From the human T2T-CHM13v2.0 reference genome, Homo sapiens, in the NCBI RefSeq assembly GCF_009914755.1, contig NC_060947.1: DNA of 64,000 nucleotides. One strand, 5' to 3'. The position numbers were made by a program, and so were the translations under genes. The notes under the pieces are model-generated. The model was not told the DNA's origin. It did not search any database and worked only from the letters and a program-made list of their open reading frames with translations. The first letter of the stretch is position 1. Every line of letters starts with the position of its first letter. Of this stretch, positions 9,112 through 24,567 are shown piece after piece.

Positions 9112-12100
9112 TTTTCTTTATCTACTTGTTGATTGATGGGCATTTGGGCTGGTTCCATTTTTTGCAATTGCAAATTGTGCTTCTATAAACATGCTTGTGC
9201 AAATGTATTTTTCATATAATGACTTCTTTTCCTCTGGATAGATACCCAGTAGCAGGATTGCTGGACCAAATGGTGGATCTACTTTTAGTTCTTTAAGGAC
9301 TCTCCATACTGTTTTCCACAGTGGTTGTACTGGTTTACATTCCCACTATTAATGTAAGAGTGTTCCCTTTTCATCACATCCACGTCAACATCTATTTTTT
9401 TTTTTTAATTATGGTTGTTCTTGCAGTAGTTAGGTGGTACCACATTGTGGTTTTGATTTGCATTTCCCTGATAATTAGTGATGTTGAGCATTTTTTTATA
9501 TGTTTGTTGGCCATCTGTATATCTTCTGCTGAGAATTGTCTATTCATGTCCTTAGCCCACTTTTTGATGGCATTATTTGTTTTTTGTTTGTTTGTTTTGC
9601 TGATTTGTTTGAGTTCCTTGTAGATTCCAGATATTAGTCCTTTGTTGGATGCATAGTTTGTGAATATTTTCTCCCACTCTGTGGGTTGTCTGCTTACTCT
9701 GCTGGTTTTTTGGGGTTTTTTTGTTTTTTGTTTTGTTGCTGTGCAGAAGGTTTTTAGTTAAATTAAGTCCCATCTATTTATCTTTGTTTTTGTTGCATTT
9801 GCTTTTGGGTTTTTGGACATGAAGTCTTTGACTAAGCCAATATCTAAAAGGGTTTTTCTGATGTTATCTTCTAGAATTTTTATGGTTTCAGGTCTTAGAT
9901 TTAAGTCTTTGATCCATCTTGAGTTGATTTTTGTATAAGGTAAGAGATGAGGATCCAGTTTCATTCTCCTACATGTGGCTTGTCAATTATTCCAGCACCA
10001 TGTGTTGAATAGGGTGTCCTTTCCCCACTTTATGTTTTTATTTCCTTTGTCAAGGATCAGTTGGCTGTAAGTATTTGGCTTTATTTCTGCATTCTCTCTT
10101 TTGTTTCATCGGTCTGTATGCCTATTTTTATACCAGTACCATGCTGCTTTGGTGACTATGGATGTTTGGTATAGTTTGAAGTCAGGTAATGCAATGCCTC
10201 CAAATTTGTTCTTTTTGCTTAGTCCTGCTTTGGCTATGTGGGATCTTTCTTGGTTCCATATGAATTTTAGGATTGTTTTTCCTAGTTCTGTGAAGAATGA
10301 TGGTGGTATTTTCATGGGAATTGCATTGAATTTGCAGATTGCTTTTGGTGGTATGATCATTTTCACAATACTAATTCTACCCATCCAGGACAATGGCATG
10401 TGTTTCCATTTGTTTGTGTCATCCATAATTTATGTCAGCACTGTTTTGTAGCTTTCCTTGTAGAGATCTTTCACTTTCTTGGTTAGGTATATTCCTAAGT
10501 TTTGTTGTTGTTGTTGTTGTTGTTGTTGTTTTCCAGCTATTATAAAAGGGATTGGGTTCTCTATTTGATTCTCACCTTGGTCACTGTTGGTGTGCAGCAG
10601 TGCTACTGATTTGTGTACATTGATTTTGTGTGCTGGAACTACTGAATTCATATATCAGATCTAGGAGCTTTTTGGATGAGTCTTTAGAGTTTTCTAGGTA
10701 TACAATCATATCACTGGTGAACAGTGACAGTTTGACTTTCTCTTTACTGATTTGGATGTCCTTTATTCCTTTTTCTCATCTGATTGCTCTGGCTAGGACT
10801 TCCAGTACTATGTTAAATAGAAGTGGTGAAAGTGGGCATTCTTGTCTTGTTCCAGTTCTCAAGGAGAATGATTTCAACTTTTCGCCATTTAGCATAATAT
10901 TGGCTGTGGGTTTGTCATAGATAGCTTTTATTACCTTAATGTATGTCTCTTCTAGGCCAATTTTGCTGAGGGTTTTAATCATAAAGAGAGGTTGAATTTT
11001 TGTCAAATGCTTTTTCTACGTCTAATGAGATGATCATATGATTTTTGTTTTTAATTCTGTTTATGTGAAGTATCACATTTTTTGACTTGCGTATTTTAAA
11101 CCATCCCTGCATTCCTGGTGTAAAACCCACTTGATCATGGTGGATTATCTTTTTGATATGCTGTTGGATTTGGCTAGCAAGTATTTTGTTAAGAATTTTT
11201 GCATCTATGTTAATCAGGGATATTGGGCTGAAGTTTTCTTTTCTTGTTATGCATTTTCCTGGTTTTGGTATTAGGGTGATACTGGCTTCATAGACTGATT
11301 TAGGGGGGTTCCCTCTTTATCTTTTGGGATAGTTTCAGTAGGATTGGTACCAACTCTTCTTTAAATGTCTGATAGAATTCAGCTGTGAATCCATCTGGTC
11401 CTGGACTTTTTTCTTGGTGATTTTCTTATTACTGTTTCAATCTTGCTACTTGTTATTGGTCTGTTCAGAGTTTCTATTTCTTCCTTATTTAATCTAGGAG
11501 GGTTATGTATTTCTGGAAACTTGCCCATCTTTTTTAGATTTTCTAGTTTGTGTGTGTAAAGGTGTTCATGGTACCCTTAGATGATATTTTGTATTTCTGT
11601 GGTGTCTGTGTAATATCTCCCATTTCATTTCTAATTGAACTCATTTGGATCTTCTCTATTCTTTTCTTAGTTAATCTCACTAATAGTCTTATCAATTTTA
11701 TCTATTCAAAGTACCAGCTTTTTGTTTCATTTATCTTTTGTAATTTTTTTTGTTTCAATTTCATGTAGTTTTGTTCTGATCTTGGTTATTTATTTTCTTC
11801 TGCTGGGTTTGGGGTTGGTTTGTTCTTGTTTCTCTAGTTCCTTGAGGTGTGACCTTAGATTGTCTATTTGTGCTCTTTCAGAATTTTTTATGTATGCATT
11901 TAATGCTATGAACTTTCCTTTTAGCACCATTTTGCTGTATCCCAGGGGTTTTGATAAGTTCTGTCACTATTATCATTCATTTCAACATTTTTAAATTTCT
12001 ATCTTGATTTCGTTGTTAACCCAAACATCATTCAAAAGCAGATTATTTAATTTCCATGTATTTGTATAGTTCTGAGGGTGTCTTTTGGAGTTAATTTCCA

Positions 12101-15100
12101 GTTTTATTCCACTGTGTTCTGAGAGGATACTTGATATGTTTTCAATTTTCTTAAATTTATTGGGACTTATTTTGTGGCCTATCATATGGTCTATCTTGGA
12201 GAATGTTCCATGTGCTAATATAAAGAATGTATATTCTGTAGTTGTTGGGTAGAATGTTCTGTAAATCTCTGTTAAATCCATTTGTTCTAGGATATAGTTT
12301 AGGTCTGTTGTTTCTTTGTTGGCCTTCTGTCTTGTCCTATCTAGTGCTGTCAGTGAAGTACTGAAGTTCCCTACTATTATTGTGTTTTCATCTATCTCAT
12401 TTCTTAGGTCTAGTAGTAATTTTTTTATGAATTTGGGAGCTCAAGTGTTAGGTGCATATATATTTAGGATTGTGATACTTTCCTGTTGAGCTAATCCTTT
12501 TATCAATATATAATGTTTCTCTGTCTTTTTTACTGTTACTGCTTTAAAGTCTATTTCGTCTGAAATAATAACAACTACTCATGCTTGTGTTTGGTTTCCA
12601 TTTGCATGGAATGCTTTTTTTCACCCCTTTACCTTAAGTTTATGTGAGTCCTTATGTGGCAGGTGAGTCTCTTGAAGACAGCAGATACTTGGTTAATAGA
12701 TTTTTATCCATTCTGCCATTCTGTATCTTTTAAGTGGTCTATTCAGGCTATTTACATTCAACATTAGAATTGAGATGTAAGGTACCGCTCTATTCATCAT
12801 GCTAGTTGTTGCCTTAATACCTTGGTTTTTTTATTGTGTTATTTTTTTACAGGCCCTTTGAGATTTATGCTTTAAGGGGGTTCTATATTGGTGCATTTTG
12901 AGGTTTTGTTTCAACATTCAGAACTCATTTTAGCATTTCTTGCAGTGCTGGTTAGGTCATGGCAAATTCTCTCAGCACTTCTTTGTCTGAAAAATACTTT
13001 ATCTCTCCTTCATTTATGAATCTTAGTTTTGCCAGATGCAAAATTCCTGGCTAATTATTTTCTTTAAGGAGGCTAAAGATAGGACCCAATCCCTTGTGGC
13101 TTGTAATGTTTCTCCTGAGAAATCGGCTATTAATCTGATAGGTTTTCCCTTATAGGTTACCTTATGCTTTTGTCTCACAGCTCTTAAGATTCTTTCCTTC
13201 ATCTTGACTTTAGATAACCTGATGACTATATGCCAAGGTGATAATCTTTTTGTGATAAATTTCCCAGGAGTTCTTTGAGCTTCTTGTATTTGGATGTCTA
13301 GATCTCTAGCAAGGTCAGGGAAGTTTTCTTCAATTATTCCCTTAATATGTTTCTCAGAGTTTTAGATTTCTTAGGAATACCAATTATTCTTAGGCTTGGC
13401 TGTTTAACATAATCCCAAATTTCTTGGAGGCTTTGTTCATTTTTTAAAATTCTTTTTTTCTTTGTCTTTATCTGATTGGGTTAATTTGAAAGCCTCAACT
13501 TTGAGCTCTGAGGTTCTTTCTTCTACTTTTCTAGCCTACTGTTGAAACTTTCCACTGCATTTTGTATTTTTCTAAGTGTGTCTTTCATTTCCAGAAGTTG
13601 TGTTTTTTCTTTATGATATCTATTGCTCTGGAAAAATTTTTATCTATATCCTGTATTTTTTAAAATTTCTTTAAGTTGGTTTTCACCCTTCTCTGGTGTC
13701 TCCTTGAGTATCTTAATGATTGATCTTATGAATTTTTTATCTGGCAATTCAGAGATTTCTTCTTGGTTTGGATCCATTGCTGGGGAGCTGGTGTGATCTT
13801 TTGGGGGTGTTTTAGAACCCTGTTTTGTCATTTACCAGAATTACTTTTCTGGTTCCTTCTCATTTGGGTAGACTATTTTTTAAAATTGTTCTTGAATTTA
13901 TTTTTGATTGGACTGTGTCTTTTTTGTAAATTGAATTTTGTTTTCCCTCTTAGGGATTAGACTTTAATGTTTATTTTAGCCTCATTTGATTCTTGGTGCT
14001 TGTAGGGGTGAAAACTCTGTATGAAATCCTTAGTTACAGAGAGTCTTTGTGCACTGGCTTTCCCCAGTGCTGGTTTTAGTAGTTATATTCTTGGTGTGTG
14101 GGTGAGTTTACTGCCTCCTATGATGTTGGAATGGCAGGGATCTCTTGAAACTGATCTTGTTCTCTTGTCATATATACTTTATGTATTTGTTTGTTTGTTT
14201 ATTTATTTATTTACTGGTGTTTTATTTACTGAATTGATGATTCATGCTTCAGGTCAATAGGGGACGTATTCCTCAGTAGGCACCAGTTGTGGCTAAGGCA
14301 GGTAGGTAGATGTAATACCCAATGGTGGGCCAAGGTCCTGACCTTGATGTGGGTGCCTGGGGGAGCTCTCAATTACATGTGCTGAGGTTTTATCAGGGTG
14401 AAGAATGGGAGCTACCTCAGCTCCCCTGCCAGGTAGGTAGAGAAGCTATTCACCTCACTCCTGTCCTAGTGTATCAGCTATTCAGATCAGATGGGCATCT
14501 ATAGGAATGCTGATGTTCCAACTAGGGAGGCATTGTGACTCTGCCTCTTGAGAAGTCCTCCTTCTGGGGGATGCTGCTCCTGTGGGGCTGCGCTCACCCT
14601 GGATTTTTCCAGAAAGGTTGTCTATAGGTGCTTCCACACTGCATTCATGTAGGGGAAGCTCCAGCTGTTTCTTCAGTGGAGAGCCAAGTGGAACAAGGAC
14701 ACCTTCTCCAAGGCCCTTCATGATCACAGAGGCTGCCTGCCTGTTGGGGTATAGGTGCAGACATTCCCTACTGCACCCAGCACTGCAATTGTGTCTCTGC
14801 TGTGAGAAACTGCTCACCAGCAAAAAGATCTATAACTAAAAGCCTGCTGTTCCAATTCCTTTGTCCCAAGGGGTGATTCCTTAATGTGGTGCTCTCCCCT
14901 TTCCCCTAGGGATGGGGCATCCTAAGAGCCAGACGGCAGTGATTGTTATTGCTCTTTTGGGTCTAGCCACCCAGCAGGGCTACCACACTCTGGGCTGATG
15001 GTAGGGAATGCCTGCAAAGGGCCCAGTTATGTGATCAGTCTTCTGGTCTCCCAGTCATATATAACAGCACCTGCTCTGGTGGAGGTGGCAGGAAAGTGAT

Positions 15101-16471
15101 ATAGACTTTGTGAGAATCCTTGGTTGTAGATAGGCTTAGTGTGCTAGCTTTCTCAAATACTGGTTGGCAGCATTGAATCCTGGCTAGCAGCAAAGTTGTC
15201 ATGTGGACAGATTTGGGACCTGTGGTTAGCCAGGATATTGCAGCCAATGGTGTTAGCTGTTGTTTTCTTCTTCCTGGGAACAGTGTTATTCTATCATGAG
15301 TTGCTGTAATGGCCTGAGTTAGTTGGCCTCCAACCAGGAGGTGACACTTTCAAGAGAGCACCAGCTGCGGTATTAGCAATGGAATTTGAGACTGCCCCAA
15401 GTTAGCCAGGGGAAGTATTCTGGTTTCTCAGGTGATGGGTGGGGCCATAAAGCTCCCAAGTGTTTATGTCCTTTGTGTTCAGCTAGCAGGGCAGGTAGAG
15501 AAATACCATCAGGTGGGGCAGGGTTAGGCGGGTCTCAGCTCAGATTCTTCTTGGGTGGGGCTTGCCACGGCCACTGTAGGGGATGAGGGGGTGGTTCTCA
15601 GGTCATTGGGGTTATGTTCCAGAGGGGATTATGGCTGCCTCTGCTGTGCAGTATACTTCACCAGGGAAGTGGGGAATAGCTGGTAGTGAAAGGCCTCACC
15701 CACCTCCCACACAGTTGGTGAGACTGGTCTCGCTCCCACAGTGCCCTGCTAATAGTTTAGATCCAGGCAACCTGTGTGTGGAACTCAGACCTTTACCTGG
15801 CCATTAGCTTCCCTGCTGAGAAAACAAGCATGGCTTTCAGGCCATGCCCTTCCCTGTCTGCTCACAATGTCAGTGGCTCTGTGCTTATATCTGCAGCAGA
15901 TCCCACTCGCCACACCCCCACTCAGGATTCTGTTCAAGGAAGTTTGTGCACAGTCAAAATTATCACAAAATTCAGCTGGAAGCTTCTTTCACCTTGTGAC
16001 CCCTCCCTAATTCTGCTGGCTCCCTTCCCCAAGGGCTCCTGTGAGATATAGTCATGGACGGCTTCCCTGGGCTGAAGCTGAAGACTGGGAGTATCTACAA
16101 AGCTCTTTCTGCTGCTGCCTCTACTTTAATATTGCACATGGCTCCATAAGTCTGTTCCAGCTGTAGGCAAAGTTAAATCCTTCTCCAGTGATACGGATTT
16201 TGAGACTCCCCAATGGGGAAGTGTTTTCAGAGGCAGGTTTTCCCCCTCGTACACTTTGGTAACTAACAGTTTTTGCCTGTCTCGTAGAGTTTGCAGCAAC
16301 ATGACACTTCTTTCAAAGGATCTGTAAATTCTTTCTGTTTCCCTCATACATTCCTGTGACGATTCTTGGTGCAAAAGTTCACAGTGTGAGTCTCCACACG
16401 CTGTTCTGTCCGTTCAAGTGGGAGATGCACATTAGCCCTGTGTCCTATCCACCATCTTCCTGAGTTTTACC
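8675..16471 (-). mobile_element. Full-length, decayed L1PB1-like LINE-1 (5'UTR, ORF1, ORF2, 3'UTR)
   Basis: ORF2 fragments ([22 protein letters not shown]; [23 protein letters not shown]; MDLTEIYRTFYP), ORF1 start region (MTKQGS..MDPNQEEISELP), 5' end GGAAGATGGTGGATAGG, L1PB-type 3'UTR; many stops and frameshifts. Confidence 0.93.
9024..9110. repeat. (TA)n/(TG)n/(CA)n compound microsatellite within L1
   Basis: Direct reading. Confidence 0.9.
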
Positions 16472-16500
16472 TTGACTATTTTTAATACTGCTGCTTTGAG

Positions 16501-17048
16501 TGAAGCAGAAGTTAAAAAGGGAAAAAAATTTTCTTCCTTTCCTTTGGTATGAGCAGCTTCCCCATCGAATCCCTCCCTGCTCTGTGCCATTGTACCCTGA
16601 GCTACACCATTGTACCCTGCTCTGCAAGTTTTTATGAGTTTATAGATTCCTGTTTTCTGTAACTAGTATCTGTAAATCTCTGTAGCACTGCAGAGGTCAT
16701 GCGACATGCTTGAGTAAGATATGATTGCAGCCATCTGGGCGCTGTAGCGAAGGACACGAGATAAGATTGTGCAGGCATCTGAGCAAGCCTAGATAACAGC
16801 CACCTGGCCCACATAGCAGGAGTCACATGAAAGCCTGAGTTATGAGCCTGTCACTGTTTGATAAACTGTCTTTGTTCTACGTGCTTTTGCGTCACTGCAT
16901 TTCGTGCCACAGATGCATGTATAAAAGTCAAGCCCTGTCTTTTTCTAGGGTTCAGCCTTTTGGATGTGAATCCGCTGAGCAGGTGCCCCTAAATAAAATC
17001 CTTCTGTTCCACCCTATTGGTCTCTCCGGTCTCCTGATTCCCACAATA
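16501..17048 (+). mobile_element. Solo ERV LTR (subfamily uncertain)
   Basis: Starts TG, ends CCCACAATA (degenerate CA end); TATAAAA ~16920, AATAAA ~16992; flanked by TGAG/TGAG; splits the old L1ME. Confidence 0.8.
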
Positions 17049-18876
17049 TGAGAAACCCAGAATATGTCTTTTGGTTAACATGTGTGTGCATTTCTGATGG
17101 GCATAAAACTAGGAGTTTAATTTATAATTTATAGGGTATACATATGTTTAGATTTACTAGGCATAGCCAAACAATATTCCAAAGTAGTTGTACCAATTTA
17201 TAGTTCCACCATTTTATATTTTAAAAAAAATATGTGTCTTACTTATATATATACTTTAAATACCCTCCTCACCCCTTCAACTTTTTTTTTTTAAACAAAG
17301 CATGATATTTGATTTTGTTCTTTAACCAGTGGATCAAAAAATTGTCACAAAATGCCAGATGGAAATTTTCTGTATGTGTATATAATTCTTTTCTGCTGCT
17401 TCAGAAAATGTGAGAGTCTTCTCTTTAGATCATAAAGCGACATATGACAGCACCTCTCATGCAATAGGTGCTCAGAAGTTTGTAGAATCAATGAAGTCAA
17501 AAGAGAAGAATTAGAAAGATTCATCATTTTATGATTCAACTGTTAAAGTTTATTTAAATATCCAAATGGATCCAATAAAAGAACAAACATAGAAAGAAAT
17601 AATTCAATTTCCTTTATTTGTATGTTTTCAATGACCAATCATTTGTGGGGAAGAAGGTTTTGATGCTGGCACAGATTTTTTAATGCAGTCAGGGAGGAAA
17701 AAACTACAGACTAAAGATGATGTATTTGATGTTGGTATCATTATTGGCAAGAAATAATACTGTTGCAAATAGTTTTTTTAAAGATGATCAGTGGGTGAAT
17801 ATGAGTCTCTTCAGGACATAATCTGTGCCATATTCAGTTTTTATCTCCTATGGTGTTTGGCGTAAGTAATGAATACAATGTGATTATTTATGAAATAAAT
17901 AGTTTTTAAAAACCCAAAATAAAATAAACAAGCAGAAAATTATCTGCAGTTTATTACATCTAATTCGATTTTATTTAAACCACCCAAAGTGATGGTCAGC
18001 AAACAAATAAGAGCTTTAGAGAAAAAAATAAAACAGGAGATTAGGAGAAAAGAGATGGTTATATGATAAGAAAACTTATTTGTGGGCTGTGCTTCAGGTA
18101 ATATTTAACTTTTAACCTTTCTAACCCTATCATTCCCCAAATAGTTTCCTGGCATCAATGATTAAACTAAAAGGAGTATTTTTATTTTTAATCATTTATT
18201 CTATGGGAAATTATAAACTTTTATACATCTAAGCACAGCATCTTATTTTAAAATTTTTTTCAAGAAGTTTTATTTTATTCTTCTTATTGTTCTTAAAGTC
18301 TAGGTTAAGTTCACCTAAATTAATGCCTTTTAAAATAGTTTAATAAATAGGGCATTTTATAAAATTCTAATCTCAGAGGATAGATCCAGGCTCCATATTT
18401 TCTGGTTATAACCAACATCCAGTGCCCTTTAAAGAAGGGACTATATGTTGCCCTAATGTTTTCAACTCAATCTTTCAGGTAATCTAATAGCTGTACAACA
18501 TTTAGACAATCCTCATAGGATGTGACAACAAGCAAAAACAAAGATGAAGTGCTAAGATTTGGAATCATTCCAGAAATGGAATGATTATCTGAGGACTTTC
18601 TCTATGTTATTTTCTACTTGGCTGTCAAGAAGATATGGGTGTTGTGGGGCAAGGGGCAGGGTGTTTGGTGGTGTTTTTTTTTTCTCTCTCTCTCTCTCCT
18701 AAATTCAGAATGTATCTAAGATTTTCTGGATATCAGAGATGCTGATGAGTCATGAAACCTTCAGGATTCTGAGATGCAATTTAATGAAGGGATTCCAAAT
18801 TCCAAATTATGCAAGAACTCACTGACTAATCAGTAGATTGACAAGATTATTTGATTTTTTTTCACCCTCCTCGTTT

Positions 18877-19482
18877 TGAAACTGAGGGCTAACCTGATTA
18901 AGCCTGCCAAACTTAAGCAGCCTTGGCTGCTTTTAATCACTTACTTCTAGTTGATCTTAGAACTCCCACTAGCAAATCACATAGCCAAACAATACATATC
19001 TAATATTGGACTAACTTCCTTGTTGATAACATTTCTGACTGTGGATCATTACAGTAATGGTTGCTTAAAGTTGTTTTTTAGAAACTTAGGGACAGCTCCT
19101 GTCCAGTTCAAACTAGTTGAGATCACCAACCCTTCAACCAGGCTTGTGCAAATGCTCAAGAGGTAACCTTTTGACATCAGATGACCAAAAACTCCTTTTT
19201 CAGATCATGCTAATGCCATTATCTGAACATGTGTCCAGTGAATAGCCATGTAGCTTGATTACACTTGCACAGAAACCCTAATTACCTCACCTTTCTTACT
19301 TGCCAATCACCTTTTCCCACACTTTAGACCACCTGTACTATTTTGGGGAAACCATATTTGAGAACTGGTCTCCTACCTCCTCGCTTGGCTGCCTCATGAA
19401 TAACCCCTTTCTCTTTTGCAAAACCCATTGTTACAGTGATTGGCTTACTGTGTGTGAGCAGAAAGAGCCTGGTTAGGTATCA
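18877..19482 (+). mobile_element. Solo ERV1 LTR (MER4 group, LTR29/48/49-like)
   Basis: TG...CA termini, perfect 4-bp TSD GTTT, 606 bp. Confidence 0.8.
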
Positions 19483-19828
19483 GTTTCTAACCTACAAATG
19501 TTTCCCTATTCATTATAGCTCCAGAGGGTATGAATGAAAAAAGAAGGAAAATATAACTCTAATAAATCTTTACTTAGGTAGAATTATCATAATTAGATTA
19601 AGATGGTTAAGTTTAAGAAACGTGAGAAGAAAACCACTGTTGACTTTAGTAATAATTATCCATGTAATTTTCTATGGGTTTTAAATATTCTTAGCATAAT
19701 AAGGTAACAAAAAAATATGAAACAGTGCCTCAGACTTGTGAAAATGTTGAAAGTTTAACTCTTCTGTGATTATGTTATTAGAGCCTTGAGGCAAGAAAAC
19801 AGACTGGTGGATAGGGTTTGGGTTTGTG

Positions 19829-20118
19829 CTTTTAGAAATGTAGTCTTGCTCTGTCATCCAGGCTGGAGTGCAGAGGCATGATCATAGTTCACTGCAGCCT
19901 CCAGCTCCTGGTCTCAAGTGATCCTCCCTCCAAAGCCTCTGGAGTAGCTGGGACTACAGGTATGTACCCCACACCCAGCTAATTTTTAAAATTTTTTGTA
20001 AAGACGGGGTCTCACTATGTTGCCCAAGATGGTCTCAATCTCTTGGCCTGTCCTCAAGCAGTCCTGCCACCTCAGCCTCCCAAAGTGCTGGGATTACAAG
20101 CATGACAAGCCCAGCCCA
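19829..20118 (-). mobile_element. AluJ
   Basis: Dimeric Alu with J-type positions (GATCATAGTTCACTGCAGCCTCC; CTCACTATGTTGCCC). Confidence 0.9.
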
Positions 20119-20559
20119 GGTTTGGAGTTTTACTGTGAAGAAATGGATGCTTCTATCCACAACTGTTTTTGGAAAGAAGAGAATTCAGCTGTGCAGAGAA
20201 AGAGTTATTTTTGTGGCTCAGCAGTGGAGATTCAGTGGTGTGGGCAAGAAGGAATTAAATTGCAAGCCAGAGATAGAATGAATTGGAAGTGTTAAGGAGG
20301 AAAATATAGAAAGGAAAATAAGTAGGAAACCTGACATGCATTATGCAGAACTTAGGGTTCCCAGGCATTCTGTCTCAGAAACCTTAATCCCAGCTTCCAA
20401 TTTACCATGAGATCTTAAGAAAGTCACTGAATTTAACCTGCCTTCTTAAATATTTTAAACGTGACCTGAAGATTTCTCTGTACATGGTGAACTATAACCT
20501 AATTAAATGTTTAAATAGACTATAACTTGCTCTTCTACCAATCACTGAGTTTCAGCTAA

Positions 20560-21009
<450 letters not shown>

Positions 21010-21106
21010 TAGAGTCTCTCTGAATCTATTCTGGTTCAAGGGCCTCGTTAATTCCTGAATTGTTCTTTGCTCAATTAAACTCTGTTAAATTTAATTTGTC
21101 TAAAGT

Positions 21107-21403
21107 TTTTTGTTGTTGTTTTGTTTTGTAGACAGGGTCTCACTCGGTCACCTAGGCAGAAGTGCAGTGCCAGGATTATGGCTCACTGCTGCCTCAAACT
21201 CTTGGGTTCAAGTGATGCTCCTGCTTCAGCCTCCTGAATAGTTGGGACTACAGGTGTGTGCCACCATACCTGACTAATTTTTTTTTATTTTTTGTAGCAC
21301 CCAGATTCTTGCCCAGTCTGGTCTTAAACTCCTGGCCTCACGTGATCCTCCCACCTTGGCCTCCCAAAGTGCTGGGATTTCAATTGTCAACCACTGCACC
21401 TAG
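21107..21403 (-). mobile_element. AluJ
   Basis: Diverged dimer; TSD-like AAAGTTTTT/AAGGTTTTT. Confidence 0.9.
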
Positions 21404-21423
21404 AAGGTTTTTCTTTTAACACA

Positions 21424-21441
21424 TGGCATCAGAAGTGAGAC
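21424..21441 (+). promoter_or_regulatory. Primer binding site, tRNA-Leu-like
   Basis: TGGCATCAGAAGTGAGAC just after the LTR; resembles TGGTGTCAGAAGTGGGAT, the complement of a tRNA-Leu 3' end. Confidence 0.65.
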
Positions 21442-22210
21442 CCAAAGTGGAGCTTCCCGCATTCCCCAGGAGCATTAAGTGACCAAGCAATGTACCTACT
21501 GGGACCATTGTGTTCATTGCTCTCTCACATCAATTGGGGATCATGAGTAAGTTCTTGCTCAGATTCTGAAGCTCTATGGATTTGTGTTTTCAGCTATCTA
21601 AATTTGTTTGAGCAATTTTTTTTTAACCAAATTGGGTTCAGAAGTCATTGTATAAACTGGACTGGATCCAGGATCAGTCCTGGATTATTATATTAGATCT
21701 GATAATTAACTGGCTTGGATCCAGTTAGAGGCTTCAGATGTCTGAGTCAGATAGGAACTGGCAGTAAATGGCAATACTACAGCAGGTAAGAACTGTGACT
21801 TTAGGAAATTCGCAGAGATTTTTGTGTTCTGTTCCCTTTGTTTCTTTTTCATGCATGCTTAGGTAGGGAAACATCATTGGCTACATTGATCAAGTGGATC
21901 TGAGAGCCAAAGCCAAGATTCAATATAAAAACAGAATCCATAGTTTCTGAAGAACTGACTACTCCACCTTGTGGCAACACCTACCTATACATGTATATGT
22001 ATTAGGTCCCAGAAACAGCAAACACAGAAATGGTGAAATCTGATTAAAAATAATTTAAAAGTACAGTGGATGTTACAAATGAAAAACACTGGACTTTTAG
22101 AAGTGTATTTTTAAAATGAGGGCTCCTGAAATAGGGTAACCCAGGGATGCCTGTTGATAGGATTAACCAGGGATGCCTGTTGATGTGCAAAAGCTTCTAA
22201 AAAGATTTCA

Positions 22211-22799
<589 letters not shown>

Positions 22800-24567
22800 G
22801 ATTTCAATATTTTTATTCCCTCTATGAGAAGACACTTTATAAAAGGCAAGTAAAAATTGTAAGTGACTAATTGATAAGAAAAATAATATGCTAAGTTTCT
22901 GGCTTAGTTACTAGCTAATCCTAAAGTCTAAAATAAAGCTATCCTGGATAAACTGTTTATAAAAGGCAGGCCCTCAGGTAAAGCAGGCTTACTTCTTTTT
23001 CAGAGTTATCCATGCTTAGTTAATGTATAGAGAATGGGTTCTTTGCCCTATTCTTTAATTGGCTCTACCCTGAACTCAGTAAATTTAGCTAAGAAATAGT
23101 AGCTAAAAGATTGCCTATTGAACTAAATTGGTTTCCAAGATATACCTTTCTGGCTTTTAGCTGGATATTTTGAAATATTTTCATAAAAGAAATTGGTATC
23201 TATTAAAAGATCACCATTTGAAGGGGGCCTGCCTGCCTCTGTACCCTGGGAAAGAGAGGGAGGACTAAATGACTAGAAACTCTTACCTTTGCTTTAAATT
23301 TACATAAAAAGACTTACTTTGTTTAAGGTACTTTCCTCAGGCCATCTTTATCTTAACTGGATCTTTACCTAAAACCTTTTTGTTTCTTTTTTTTTCTTTT
23401 TTTTTTTTTCTTTGGTTTGAGCAAATGATGGTACAATATTTAGGCCTGGAGACTCAGAGCTATGCTTTTGAGTTATAAATTTTCTACTTTGTTTCATGTA
23501 AGAGTCATCCCTTTAAAAATGCAAATTTAGTGTTGCTTAGCTAACAATTGCTTAGGTCAATGAAACAGGTAATTGGAAAATTGATCATTTGAATGAGAAA
23601 AAGAAAAACTATTTGGAAACTGGCAAATGAAAATTCTCTGTGAAAGCTATAAGATCTGCTTCTGTCTATTTGTATGTCTATATGTCTTTATGTATTGTGT
23701 GTATGTGATAATATTTGGCAAATAAAACTGGTTTTAAAATTATCAAAATAAAATAGAAATGGCTCTAAAATTTTCAGTGAAATATAATTCAGATATTTTT
23801 GCCTGTGTTTACTGGTCAGACAGGTTTGTGCCATCTCTACTACATGTTCTAAGGTCATAAAACTGCTGCTTCTGTAATATTTTTGATGCTTGATTTGTCT
23901 GTGAGTTTATGTTTTTGGTTTTGAGACTGGATTCTGGGGTCTGGACAGGTTGATGTGGTGAGACCTGGGGACATATCCTCAGTGCCTAGACCACCAGCTA
24001 TAAGGCATAGTAAAGCCCAATCCTCATCCTCTCTGGCCTAACTTTGCCTCCTGGCCATGCTGAGAACAATCAGATCCTCCAGGCATCTTTTTCACAGCTC
24101 TGTGCTCTGTCCTGAGCTCTACACCTGGTATGTAAATTTAGGATGCAGATAGGCCCTGTCCTTTATAGCCATCCTTGGGTGCCATATAGGTACTTGGGAC
24201 CCAGGATAACTGTGGGACACATTAAGAAGGGTACTTGTGTCATATTTTCAATTATTTTTCACTAATTTAAATTTTTAAAGTTATGTTATATAATATTAAA
24301 TTAAGTAATAGTCACAAAGTTGTCTGAGTCATTTCTAGGTAAGTTAAAGTACTAAAACAATTATTAACCATAATTTTAAGTTTACATACTTTGGTATCTC
24401 ATTTTTATATGGTATTAAAAAACTAAATATATTTAGATATCAAACAAAACAAATAAGGAAAATGGCTTTCTAAACATTTTTAAAGGGTTTTTTAAATCTA
24501 CAAATACTGATATAAAACAGTTCAAAATTACTTGGTCTCTAGGTTTTCACTAAAAAATGGAATTACT

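Noticed and set aside
10430-10651. Poly-Q ORF
   Set aside because: A (TTG)n microsatellite at ~10502-10530 inside decayed L1 ORF2
22135-22186. Short tandem duplications (also 16587-16620, 46888-46920, 63465-63498) as a CRISPR-like or regulatory array
   Set aside because: Only two units each, no spacers, mostly inside LTR elements; ordinary slippage in eukaryotic DNA
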